From NCBI GenBank assembly GCA_965208575.1, contig CBDBOV010000002.1, positions 32,001 to 96,000 on the forward strand: 64,000 nucleotides of DNA. The letters are read 5' to 3'. Shown here piece after piece: positions 47,834-57,898 of the stretch; position 1 is the first letter of the stretch, and every line of letters begins with the position of its first letter. The notes under the pieces are model-generated. The model made no database searches, was not told the DNA's origin, and saw only the letters and a program-made list of their open reading frames with translations. This DNA comes from Spirochaetia bacterium. Lineage in GTDB: Bacteria > Spirochaetota > Spirochaetia > SZUA-6 > Bin103. The translations under genes were made by a program, and so were the position numbers.

Positions 47834-48281
47834 TCAGTTGAACAACCGATTCAGCCACGCTACCAGCCGAACCGCATCGGGAGCGCTGACATTCAGATCC
47901 CCGGCTCCGATCGCCGCTCCCATCATCCTCGGTTCCGCTCTCGTGGCCAGCCACGAGTGAACCTTGGCGCGAAGCACCTTGCCGCTGGCGAACTTGCGGT
48001 CAGGAACGGGTATCTCGTCGATGTATGTCTCGGATCGCGGCCATACGGGGTCATCGTTGGGGATCATGTCCGCGAAGAACTCCTCCACTTGGCCAGCGGA
48101 CACGTTATCGGGCATCAGCCAGATCCCGATTTGCGGCCGGTTGTCGATGATGGTCCCGGATGGATCGGGCACACGCGGTGCGGTGACATCCACTCGCGAC
48201 AGCGCGTGGGTCACGGCATTCCAACGACTCTGTACGTCGTCGTCTGCATCCAGCAGGATGCCCAACGCTGGGGCCGGGCAC
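47834..48281 (-). pseudogene. DUF3226-like (TOPRIM-like) protein with N-terminal internal deletion
   Basis: GTG start (MPGPSV) then frame change to LGILLDADD...GIWLMPDN...G.VEEF...KVHSWLA. Confidence 0.75.
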
Positions 48282-48285
48282 GGCG

Positions 48286-49369
48286 TCAGCGAACCTCGAT
48301 ACCCTGGTCGGCAGCGATCTTCAGATCCTCTTCCGAGTAATCGACTGCTCGCAGCCCTCTGTCATCCCGGTCCAGACGTACCAACACTCCGTCCCCGTCC
48401 TCGAATTCGGCTGCCGCGTGGGCAAACCCTCGCACGCAGTCCCAGCTATGCGTCGTCGCCAGAACCTGCACGTCGTTCGCAAGTGCCGTCTGCAGCACAA
48501 GTTTCCAGATTTCGTACTGCGCGGTGTGGTGGATGCCGTTCTCGGCCTCATCGATCAGCAGCAATCCGCCGCGGCAGTTGGCAAGTGCCAGGGCAATTCC
48601 ATATAGCCTTACCGTACCGTCGCCGAGGCTCTTCAACGGCACCGGTCGATCATATCCCGTGAGGCGGACGACGGTCCTTCGTCGACGTCCGTTCGGCCTG
48701 CCATCTCCGATCAGCGCTACACCAGTTACCGTGTTCCCGGCTATCAGTTGAAGGGCCGATACTGCTCGTTGTTCATTGTCCGTCAACGCGACCTCGTCCC
48801 AAAAACGAGCAAGATCGCTGTCTCCAAGGACATCCGGACCCAGAAGCTCGCAGGTCAATCGTGGTTCCGGCTCATCATTCTCGGGTAGACGTTGCGACCG
48901 ACTGAAGTCGTTAAGCCCACCACTCGGGATGAACCAACGGACCTGTCTCTTGCCGCGGAACGAGACCGAAAGACCCGGTACCGGGTCCGCAAGATTGAGG
49001 AGAGTCGAACGAAACTTGGCAAGGGAGGTCATCTCGATCTCGAGTTGATCTGACGGGTTCCTCGGGCCGATGACAATCGGTGTTCCCTCACTGACTCGCC
49101 GATGGAACAACGACAGGGCATCGAGTTCACTCGCACCATCGCCGTTGTCGTCCGAGCCAACATGTACCTCATCGCGACTGCTCAGCAGGTCCGAGAGCGC
49201 CGAAAAGCGGCCTCGAGCAGCGAACACGGACCGCTTCCAAGACGGTGGTCTTGCCGACGCCGTTCTTTCCGGCAAGCAAGGTCACGCGGCCGAGGCGGGG
49301 AATAGTCAGTTGGTCGATCCCTCGGAATCCCTGGATGGTCAGGTCAGGAAGGTGGAGAGGCTTGCTCAT
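48286..49369 (-). pseudogene. ABC/AAA_21 ATPase, frameshifted
   Basis: GFRGI, Walker A GKNGVGKT in one frame; SLGDG, LIDEAENGIH, ATTHS in another; shift near 49225. Confidence 0.85.
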
Positions 49370-49383
49370 GGCGTGCTGCACCG

Positions 49384-49893
49384 TCAAGCGACATTGTACC
49401 ACTTCGTACCGCGAGTGTCGGGAGTTTCGTTTCCGTCATCCTGCCCGGTGGTGGGCGGATCGCGTCCGGGGAAGGGTGTAGGGCGGGGTCGAACAGGTTG
49501 CCGAGTTGTAGCCGGCGGCTTGGCCGAGGACAGCGGCGCGCAACAAGGTTCGTCGTTCAGGACGCGACTTGCACGAGCCGATGTGCTCCGAGGGGCGTCT
49601 CGCGTATCGCGTATCGCGTCGGCAATTTCATGCACCGCGGCGCGCAAGGGACGGAGGCGGTTGTCATCGCCGGCAATCACGGCAATCGGAGGTCTTGGAT
49701 GCTCCGTCGCCAAGCGCTTGTCGGCGGTGACCAGAGCGGTGAGACCGTGTTGATGAGCTTGTTCCAGCAGTTCGCTGTTTCGCAACGTGCGCCAGCGGTG
49801 GAAAATCGCGCTCTCCACTGAGCCTCCGCCGAGGGCCTCTTGCAGCGGTATACGCAGCCGTGGTGAGATGCCGACGTCAAGGAGGACCTTCAT
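49384..49893 (-). CDS. DUF5615 PIN-like toxin, atypical with long tail
   Basis: MKVLLD...W..LRNSELL...LVTADK; paired with DUF433. Confidence 0.75.
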   Translation of the reverse strand: MKVLLDVGISPRLRIPLQEALGGGSVESAIFHRWRTLRNSELLEQAHQHGLTALVTADKRLATEHPRPPIAVIAGDDNRLRPLRAAVHEIADAIRDTRDAPRSTSARASRVLNDEPCCAPLSSAKPPATTRQPVRPRPTPFPGRDPPTTGQDDGNETPDTRGTKWYNVA

Positions 49894-50147
49894 GCATTGG
49901 CGCGTTGCCCGTTGCCCTCCTCCGTGCTTCGGTCAGCGAGTGCGGCACCGGCCGCTCGCAACACCGCCTCGGCAGCCTGACGGTCGATTTTGAAATCCTC
50001 AATGAACTCGTCGAGCGACACGCCGTCGGCGAGCCAGTCGAAGAGCTGCTGAACCGGGAGCCGGCTGCCACGGAAGCACGGCACCCCGCTCATCCGGTCC
50101 GGATCGACCCAGACCGCCTGGTCAAGGGGCATCACGTCATGCGTCAT
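49890..50147 (-). CDS. DUF433 antitoxin
   Basis: DPDRMSGVPCFRGSRLPV...GVSLDEFIEDF; GGAGG RBS. Confidence 0.9.
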   Translation of the reverse strand: MTHDVMPLDQAVWVDPDRMSGVPCFRGSRLPVQQLFDWLADGVSLDEFIEDFKIDRQAAEAVLRAAGAALADRSTEEGNGQRANA

Positions 50148-50230
50148 GATGGTCACCTCCCACGATCATGCAGCAAAACCCCATTTGTAGCACTTCACGT
50201 CGGACTTGGTGGGAACTGCGGCCAGCCATG

Positions 50231-51154
50231 TCATCGCGACGACGTGCTGACGCGGAGGGTGTCGTGGGGGAGGGTGCAGACCATGGTGTAGGCGGGGTCG
50301 AACATGTTGCCGAGCTGGTAGCCGGCGGCCTGGCCGAGGACGATGTGGGCCAGGTGGCGGTCCAGGCCGTAGTCTTCGGCCAGCCAGCGCAGCATCTCGG
50401 TGGTGGCGTGCTGCACGCACTGGTCGAGCGGGCGGGCGTTGCCGAGGGTGGCGATGCATTCCGGCGTCCGGGCGCGCGGCCAGCCGATGGCGCGGCCCTT
50501 GTGCAGCTCGACGCGGAACACCACGTCGGCGGAGATCTCGATGCCGGTGCCGACGATTTCGCCGTCGCCCTGCACGGCGTGCACGTCGCCGAGCGCGAAC
50601 AGGGCGCCGGGTTCGAACACCGGGAACAGGGCGGTGACGCCGGCCTGGAAGCCGTTCCAGTCCATGTTGCCGCCGTGGCGCTCGGAGGTAGCGGTGGAGA
50701 TCGCCTGGTGGCGTTCCGGCGCGACGCCGAAGCAGCCGATCATCGGCGCCAGCGGCACGCGCCAGTGCGCCAGTTCCGGCACGCCCCGCGGCGAGGCCAC
50801 GCCGGCGTCGACGTCCACGGTCCAGTCGATGCTCGGCGGCAGGCCAGCGGGCAGGGTGGGGTGGCCGGGATCGAGCACGTTGGCCGCCACCCAGGTCTTG
50901 GTGTAGCCGCGGGTGCGGTTGGGACGGATCTGCTCCAGGTGCACGGACAGGGTGTCGCCGGGCTCGGCGCCGGCCACCCGGAACGGGCCGGTCTGCGGGT
51001 TGCCGGCGGGCGTGACGGCGTCGTCGTTGGCATCGAAGCCGCCGGCGTCCACGGTGGTGGTGAACACCCGGTCGCCGGATGCGATGGTGAGCACCGGATC
51101 GTGCGGGCCGAGGGTGGTGTGATAGGCGGTGGGGACGAATCGATGATCTGCCAC
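50231..51154 (-). CDS. Acetamidase/formamidase family
   Basis: NPQTGP, PMIGCFGVAP, HGGNMD, GDVHAVQGDGE, GIE; AGGAG RBS before GTG. Confidence 0.92.
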   Translation of the reverse strand: MADHRFVPTAYHTTLGPHDPVLTIASGDRVFTTTVDAGGFDANDDAVTPAGNPQTGPFRVAGAEPGDTLSVHLEQIRPNRTRGYTKTWVAANVLDPGHPTLPAGLPPSIDWTVDVDAGVASPRGVPELAHWRVPLAPMIGCFGVAPERHQAISTATSERHGGNMDWNGFQAGVTALFPVFEPGALFALGDVHAVQGDGEIVGTGIEISADVVFRVELHKGRAIGWPRARTPECIATLGNARPLDQCVQHATTEMLRWLAEDYGLDRHLAHIVLGQAAGYQLGNMFDPAYTMVCTLPHDTLRVSTSSR

Positions 51155-51416
51155 GGGGTTCTCCTGAATCAGGCTCTCCTGTAGTTGCGGTTCTCGCCTG
51201 TTCCCACACCACCGAGGCGGCGCCCTCGAACAGGCACTGTCGAGCGAGGTGTACTCAGAATACCCCGGCAGGCCGGTTGCCGCCCGCCTCCCCACGCATG
51301 GCAGCCCGCGGCAAGACTCCGGTTGCATTGAATGCGGCGATGTATCCCCTCTGACTGCAACCGGCCACCGGTGCGCCTCGCCGCCGTCGGTGCGACAGCC
51401 GGGTTTCCCCCGGCTG

Positions 51417-51890
51417 TCAGGACGACACGGAGATGCCGAGCAAGTCGCCGACTTCCCACGCCCCGGCGATCGTGTAGTCGGGCGGCGGCGCGGCGGCTTC
51501 CCACGTGCGTCCGTGGTGGATCCATGCGGTCCGCGTGCCAACGCCCCGCGCGCCGCCGATATCCGCCTCCGGCCGGTCACCAACGAACAGCGTGTGCGCC
51601 GCATCCGCTCCGACCGCGCGGAGGGCGTGCCGGAATATCGCTGCAGCCGGCTTGGCCGCCCCGATCTCTTCCGACACCACGATCGCGTCCACCAGGCCCG
51701 GCAGTCCCCAGTGCCGCACCTTGGACCGCTGCGACAGAGATGACCCGTTGGTCACCACAGCGGTACCGAGCCCTTCGCGTCGCAATCGCACCAGCAGCGC
51801 GCGGGTGCGCGGATCGAGCGGGGTAAAGCGCGCCAACTGCGTGCGGTGGCAATCGATCGCAGCCTCGACGCTGGTAAAGCAGCGCTGCCA
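51417..51890 (-). pseudogene. HAD hydrolase lacking N-terminal motif I
   Basis: VVTNG, KP, FVGDRPEADIGGA present; DxD motif absent, in-frame stop upstream at 51930-51932. Confidence 0.75.
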
Positions 51891-51949
51891 CGATCTACTT
51901 GGGCTGCCTGCTTCGCCGGGCGTAGCGGGTCACCGGGCTGCCAATGCGT

Positions 51950-53460
51950 CGGGAGTGGGAGCGGGGGTGGCCAGTGCCGCGGCGATGACTGCATCGATGC
52001 CGCGCGGCGTGGTCGCCGTCGACCAGGAGGCATGGCCGCCCTGTGACGCCGGAGGCCGCGAAGATCGGCATACCGGGAGCGACCGATGCGGACCATCTTC
52101 GCACGAACCGGCGACAGTCGATGCCCGCCCGGCCGCGGCGGGTGCGCAGCCGGTGGGCCGATTGCACTCGAGTGCCGCCACCTCGGACGCTGCACCGGAC
52201 TCGAATAACCCCGCCTCGCACGCGCCACCGCAAGCGGCGCCGGGGCGTATGCCGCGGGCCGGGCTCGCCGCTGAGGTCGCGGCAGACATGCCGGTGGCGA
52301 GCCACGACGCTGCGCAGCACCGCGGCGCCGGGCATGCCGATACGCTGCCGGCGTGGCTGGAGTCAAACGGAGCCGCCTCACGCTCTCCGGCGCAGGCCCG
52401 CGCTCCCCGGCCGGCCGCAACCTCGTCGGACCAGGGCCGGGCCGCGCCACTTCTGCCGCCGGCCAGTCGCGCGGCACCCGTACCGTTGCCGGTCGTGGCC
52501 CCATCGGAGCCGCGTCCCGCGGCTGCGCTCACACCGGCGCAGTCCCGGGGTGAGCGGAAGCCGGAACCGTGTTCCAACCCGGAATGGTCTGCCCGGCCGG
52601 TGTCCGCCGCCCCGCTGCTGCACCCTCGGCACCAGCGCGAGCTGATCGAGCGGGCCGCCGGCATGACCACCCGCCAGGTCGCCGGCCTGCTGGCGGAAGC
52701 CGCTCCCCAGGTGGCGCCGCCGCGCGACACGCTGCGCGCGGTGGCGCCGGACCGCTACACCTTGAAGGTGAGCATTGACCAGGAGTGCGAGCACGGACTG
52801 CGCCAACTGAAGGACCTGCTGTCGCACATCGACCCGCGCATGTCGTGGGGAGACCTGGTGGCGCGCCTGGTGCGCGAGGCGCTGGCGCGGCACGATCCTG
52901 GCGGCGGCGGTCGCGGGCGAAGGCGTGCGGGCGGCACGGCAGCATCGTCGCGGCGGGAACGGACCAGCACGCCCTCCGTGGTGCCGGCAGCCGCGCCCGT
53001 TGGGCGTAGGGGCGGCGATACTCCGGCGCCGCAGAGCGAGACCGCCGCCGGGAAGCAGCCTCGGGCCGCGATGTCCCGCAACGCTGCCCCGGTGCGCGGC
53101 GTTGCACCCGCCGCCCCGGCTGCCGCCGCCCCGGCTGCCGGTGCAAAGGCACTGGGCACCCGCGCAGGCGCCGCTGCTTCGGCCACGCCCGCCGCTGCCG
53201 AGGCGCCGGAGGATCAGAGCGCCGACGCCCGAGTGCCGTGCGCAGCACCAAGGAGGCCCGAGTCCGCTGCTCCGCGCATGACCGCGCCCGCTGCGCCGAC
53301 GGGCACCGACCGCCAGGCCGGGCCATCGGGCGCGCCGGAAGCGGCAGCGGCGCCGCAGTTCGCCGGCAGCGGCCCAGGCGACGGCACTGACGCCACGCCG
53401 GTTTCGTCAGGCACCACTTTTCTGCGCGCGGCGGCGCCGGGCGGCAAGGATGAATCGAGC
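51950..53460 (+). pseudogene. Remnant of an HNH-endonuclease-associated (DUF222-like) gene
   Basis: Core RELIERAAGMTTRQVAGLLA...YTLKVSID...LKDLLSH...LARHDP (about 52630-52900) in Ala/Pro low-complexity sequence; no HNH motif and no start. Confidence 0.45.
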
Positions 53461-53474
53461 CGTAGTCCCGGCTG

Positions 53475-54893
53475 TTATTCGGGCAGGTGGAAGACGGCCA
53501 TCTTGGTTTCGGTCATCTCCTGGACGGCGTACTTGGGGCCTTCCTTGCCCATGCCGCTGTCCTTCAGGCCGCCGTAGGGCATCAGGTCGGCGCGCCACTG
53601 GGTGCCCCAGTTGACGTGGATGTTGCCCGACTCGCACTTGCGCACGAACTGCATGGCCCAGTCCACGTTCTGGGTGAAGATGGCGGCGCTCAGGCCGTAC
53701 TTGGTGTCGTTGGCGAGCTCGATCGCGGTGTCGATGTCGGGCGCCTGGCTGACGCCGACCACCGGGCCGAAGATCTCGTCGTAGGAGATTTTCATCTCCG
53801 GGCGCACGTCCGCCACCACGGTGGGCTGGAAGATCTGGCCGTTGCGCTCGCCGCCGGTGAGCACGCGGGCGCCCGCGCTGGCGGCTTCGCTGACCCAGCT
53901 CGCCACCCGCTCGGAGTCCTCTTCGCGGATCATCGGCCCCATCCCGGTGGCGTCCGCCAGCGGATCGCCGGTGGAGATGCCCGCCGCCACGTCGGTCATG
54001 GCGTCGAGCAGGTCGCCGTAGATGTCGTTGTGGGCGATCACCCGCTGGGTGGAGATGCACACCTGGCCGGCGTTGGAGAAGCCGCTCATGGCGGCGGCCG
54101 CGGCCACCCGCTTGGGGTCGGCGTCCGGCATCACGATCAGCGGCGCGTTGGAGCCGAGCTCCATGGTCACCCGCTTCAGGCCGGCCACCTGGCAGATGCG
54201 CTCGCCGATGTCGCGGCTGCCGGTGAAGGTGATCTTGCGCACCCGCGGATCGCTGCACAGGGCGTTGCCGAGGCTGCCGCCCGGTCCGGTCAGGCACTGC
54301 ACCGCCTCCGGCGGCACGCCCGCCTCGACGAACAGCTCGATCAGCTTGAGGGCGGACAGCGGCGTGTCGGTGGCCGGCTTGATGATGCACGCGTTGCCGG
54401 CGGCGATCGCCGGACCCACCTTGTGGCACACCAGGTGCAGCGGGAAGTTGAACGGGCTGATGCCGACCACCACCCCGCACGGCACGCGCAGCGTGAAGCC
54501 GAGCTTGCCTTCCACGCCGGGGGCGCCGTCGAGCGGTATCACCTCGCCGGACAGGCGCTTCGCCTCTTCCGCCGACAGCACGATGATCTCCCGTGCCCGG
54601 GTCGCCTCGATCTGCGCCTCGGCCAGGATCTTGCCCTCTTCCAGGGTGATGGTGCGCGCCAGGTCGTCGGCGCGCTCGCGCATCAGGTCGGCCACCTTCA
54701 TCAGCAGCTCGTAGCGCTGATAGCCGGTCAGGTTGGCCATGACGCGGGCGCCGCGCTCGGCGGTGGCGAGCGCCTCCTCGACGTCGGCCAGACTCGATTG
54801 CGGCACGGTGTCCACCACCGACCCGTCGAACGGGTTCAGCACGTCGATCTTGTCGGCCCGGTCCACCCAGTTGCCACCCAGCAGCATTTTCAT
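53475..54893 (-). CDS. Aldehyde dehydrogenase
   Basis: SPFNFP, FTGS, MELGSN, GQVCIS, EIFGP, PYGGLKDSG; GGAGGAG RBS. Confidence 0.95.
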   Translation of the reverse strand: MKMLLGGNWVDRADKIDVLNPFDGSVVDTVPQSSLADVEEALATAERGARVMANLTGYQRYELLMKVADLMRERADDLARTITLEEGKILAEAQIEATRAREIIVLSAEEAKRLSGEVIPLDGAPGVEGKLGFTLRVPCGVVVGISPFNFPLHLVCHKVGPAIAAGNACIIKPATDTPLSALKLIELFVEAGVPPEAVQCLTGPGGSLGNALCSDPRVRKITFTGSRDIGERICQVAGLKRVTMELGSNAPLIVMPDADPKRVAAAAAMSGFSNAGQVCISTQRVIAHNDIYGDLLDAMTDVAAGISTGDPLADATGMGPMIREEDSERVASWVSEAASAGARVLTGGERNGQIFQPTVVADVRPEMKISYDEIFGPVVGVSQAPDIDTAIELANDTKYGLSAAIFTQNVDWAMQFVRKCESGNIHVNWGTQWRADLMPYGGLKDSGMGKEGPKYAVQEMTETKMAVFHLPE

Positions 54894-54980
54894 GTTCGTA
54901 ACTCCTCCATGCGGCGGCCCTGTCGTGCCGCCTGCCCTATTATCGTGCTCCGGCGCCGCCTCTGCCAATCGCCGGCGGCA

Positions 54981-55532
54981 TTAATTCCCATTAATCTCCG
55001 CTGCCCGAAACGATGGCCGGGCGCCACGGGGAGGTTCGCCGCCCGGCAGTTCCACGACCAGGTATGCGCCGTCACGCTGCACCGGGTAGGTTTCGGCGAC
55101 GTACGGGCCCTTTACCATGCCGGGCGCGGGCGCGCCGGCGTCGTCCGGTGGATCGTCGCCGGGGACCAGGTCGGCGCCGGAGACCGTGGCCACCGCGTAG
55201 CGGTTCACCCGCAGCTTGTCGGGGGCGCACCACGACTGGCCGGTGCGCAGGTGGAACTCCCAGCCGTGCCACGGGCAGGCGATCACCTCCCGGCTCGGCT
55301 GGTAGTCGAACTCGCCGGGCCGCTCCGATTGCAGCACGCCCCAGAGCTGACCCTCGCACAGCTTGCCGCCCTGGTGCGGGCAGCGGTTGCGCAGCGCGAA
55401 GTACTCGCCGCCGACGTTGAACACACCGATGGAACGCCCGGCCACGGTGACGATCTTGCGCTCGCCCGGCGCGATCTCATCCGCCCCGGCGACCACGTAG
55501 CGCGCGACCGCGGCGCGCCGCCTGGCGCTCAC
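54981..55532 (-). CDS. Rieske 2Fe-2S ferredoxin
   Basis: CPHQG and CPWHGW. Confidence 0.93.
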   Translation of the reverse strand: MSARRRAAVARYVVAGADEIAPGERKIVTVAGRSIGVFNVGGEYFALRNRCPHQGGKLCEGQLWGVLQSERPGEFDYQPSREVIACPWHGWEFHLRTGQSWCAPDKLRVNRYAVATVSGADLVPGDDPPDDAGAPAPGMVKGPYVAETYPVQRDGAYLVVELPGGEPPRGARPSFRAAEINGN

Positions 55533-55706
55533 CGGCGCGCCATTACGCCAGCCCGCGGCGAACCAGCGGCTGCATAGAATGCGGCGATGCGGCCCGGTCG
55601 GCTACGTTGCTCCTCGCCCACATATGGCAGAGTGGCTCGTTGGCCGCGCACCGCCAGCCGGGCGCCTCGCCGCTCTCGGTGCGCCGCCGGGCTCCACCAC
55701 CGGCTG

Positions 55707-56834
55707 TCAGAACCCATACAGGGCGGCCGCGTTGTGGTACCGGATGCGCGACTTCAGGTCTTCGGGCAGGTTGTGCGGCAGCACCACGTCCGGGTTGTCG
55801 CTGTCCCAGTGCGGGTAGTCGCTGGCCATCAGCAGGTGGTCCGCCATGGCGCCGAAATGGTCGAGCAGGCGGTGGAAGTCGCTCGGGTGCGGCGGCTCCT
55901 CTACCGGCTGGGTGGTGATGTAGACGTGCTCGGCGACGATCTCGGACGGCTTGCGCGTCACGTGCGGCACCTCGGCGCGCAGCAGCATCCAGGCGGCGTC
56001 CAGCCGCCACATCAGCGACGGCGCCCACGCGAACGCGTTTTCGATCGAGATCAGCTTGACGCCGAAGCGGTCGAACACGCCTTCCATCACCAGGCTGGTG
56101 ATGTTGGCCTGCACCGACTGGGCGGGGCTGAGGTGGTCCTCGATGTAGTAGGAGGCATGGCCGGCGCCGGTGATCGGGTGCCCGTAGGCGCCGAACGCGT
56201 GGCTGGCCACGTGCACTCCTTCCTCCGCGCACGCCTCGTAGATCGGCCAGTACTTGCGGCGGCCCATCGGCTCCTGCATGCGGCCCTTGAACAGCACCTG
56301 CACGAAGCGCCGGTCGCGCGCGCAGCGGCGCACCTCGGCGGCGGCCGCCACCGGATCCTCGGGTGTGATCAGGATCGACGCGCGCAGGCGCTCGTCCCGG
56401 TCCAGCCACTCCGCCGCCTGCCAGTCGTTGCAGGCGCGCGCCAGGGCGGCGCCGAGCTCCAGGTCGAGCGCGGTGTTGGCCAGCACCGCGGGTTGCAGGA
56501 CGGCGTAGGCGACGTTGTAAGGATCAAGGTAATGGCGGCCGGTGAACTCCACGTCGGAGCCCGAAGAACGGCCCGACGGCGGCCTCGCATCCTCGCGGTG
56601 ATCCATGAAGCGCGGATAGGAGCCGCTGTTGGGGGTGCGTACGCCGAACGCGTCCAGGTGATCGCGCCAGCGTTGCGACAGGTAGGGGTAGAGATCCTTC
56701 AGCGAGTCGATCTCGTTGTGCAGGTCGCAATCGATGATCGCCGGGCGGGCCGGTGCGGCACGCTCGGTCATCGCGGGATCGGTCGCGGCAGCCTCCCGTG
56801 CGTCCAGCGCCGGTGCCGTCATGGTCGGGCTCAT
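55707..56834 (-). CDS. Amidohydro_2 family protein (probable dinuclear oxygenase catalytic subunit)
   Basis: IDCDLH, ASH, IENAF, SDYPHWD. Confidence 0.88.
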   Translation of the reverse strand: MSPTMTAPALDAREAAATDPAMTERAAPARPAIIDCDLHNEIDSLKDLYPYLSQRWRDHLDAFGVRTPNSGSYPRFMDHREDARPPSGRSSGSDVEFTGRHYLDPYNVAYAVLQPAVLANTALDLELGAALARACNDWQAAEWLDRDERLRASILITPEDPVAAAAEVRRCARDRRFVQVLFKGRMQEPMGRRKYWPIYEACAEEGVHVASHAFGAYGHPITGAGHASYYIEDHLSPAQSVQANITSLVMEGVFDRFGVKLISIENAFAWAPSLMWRLDAAWMLLRAEVPHVTRKPSEIVAEHVYITTQPVEEPPHPSDFHRLLDHFGAMADHLLMASDYPHWDSDNPDVVLPHNLPEDLKSRIRYHNAAALYGF

Positions 56835-56864
56835 GCTCGCCTCCTCGCGCGCCCTGCCGGCGGC

Positions 56865-57898
56865 TCAGAGCCGGTACAGGCCGCGCGCATTTTCGCTGCG
56901 AATCTTAACTTGCAATGGGCGCGGCAAATGTGCAAGCAGCGCCGGATCCGGGTCGGCGGCGTGCAGGTGCGGGTAATCGCTGGCGTACAGCAGCATGTGG
57001 TCGCCGCCGAGCTGCGCCACCACGTCGAGCAGCGGGCCGGGCTCGGGCGGCGCGTCGAGCGGCTGAACGGACAGGCGCAGGTGTTCGCGCACGTACTCGG
57101 AAGGCGGCTTCTTTACCCACGGCACCAGCCGGCGCAGGTTCTTCCACTCCTTGTCCATGCGCCACAGGTGCGCCGGCAGCCAGGTAAAGCCCGACTCCAG
57201 GAACGCCACGCGCAGCCTCGGGAAGGCGTCGAACACCCCCTCCACGATCATGCTGGTGAGCTGGGTGGCGAACACGCCGGCCATGTCGGCGTACACCTCG
57301 ATGAAGTAGGAGGGCCACCCGGTCGGGGTCGGCGGCGCTGACGGGGCGCCGCCGAAGTGGACGCCGGCCACCAGGCCGTGGCGTTCGATGCACTCCCACA
57401 GCGGGTGGTACAGCCGGCTGCCGAGGGGGTGCTCGGTGCGCGCCGGGAGCAGCACCTGAACGAAGCCGGGCCGGTCGGCGACACGGTCGATCTCCGCCAC
57501 CGCCTGCGCCGGAATCCGCATCGGCACCACCACCGACCCGCGCAGGCGCGGTTCCGGCTCCAGCCACTCGCGGGTGAGCCAGTCGTTGACCGCGCCGGCC
57601 AGCGCCGCCGCCACGTCGGGGTGGTGCACGCTGTCCACGGCGTACAGGCAACTGGCGATCGCGGCCTCCACCGCGGTGCCGTCGAGCACGTCGGCGCGCA
57701 GCCGCTGCAGGCTGGCGCCCGCGTCGGGAGGGCCGGCGTTCGGCGCCCCCTCGGGTAGTAGTGCTGGCTGGCGCCGTTGTCGAGGGTCTGGCTGAAGTGC
57801 TCGACCCAGCGCGCGTCGAGATAGGGATACAGCGTCTCCACCGCCGGCACGGCGATGTGGACGTCGGCGTCGATCAGCGCGTCGGTGGCCGGGCTCAC
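56865..57898 (-). CDS. Amidohydro_2 family protein, 1-nt frameshift in a homopolymer
   Basis: IDADVH N-terminus in one frame; GVH, LESG, SDYPHLH in another; shift at the C5 run 57746-57750. Confidence 0.85.
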
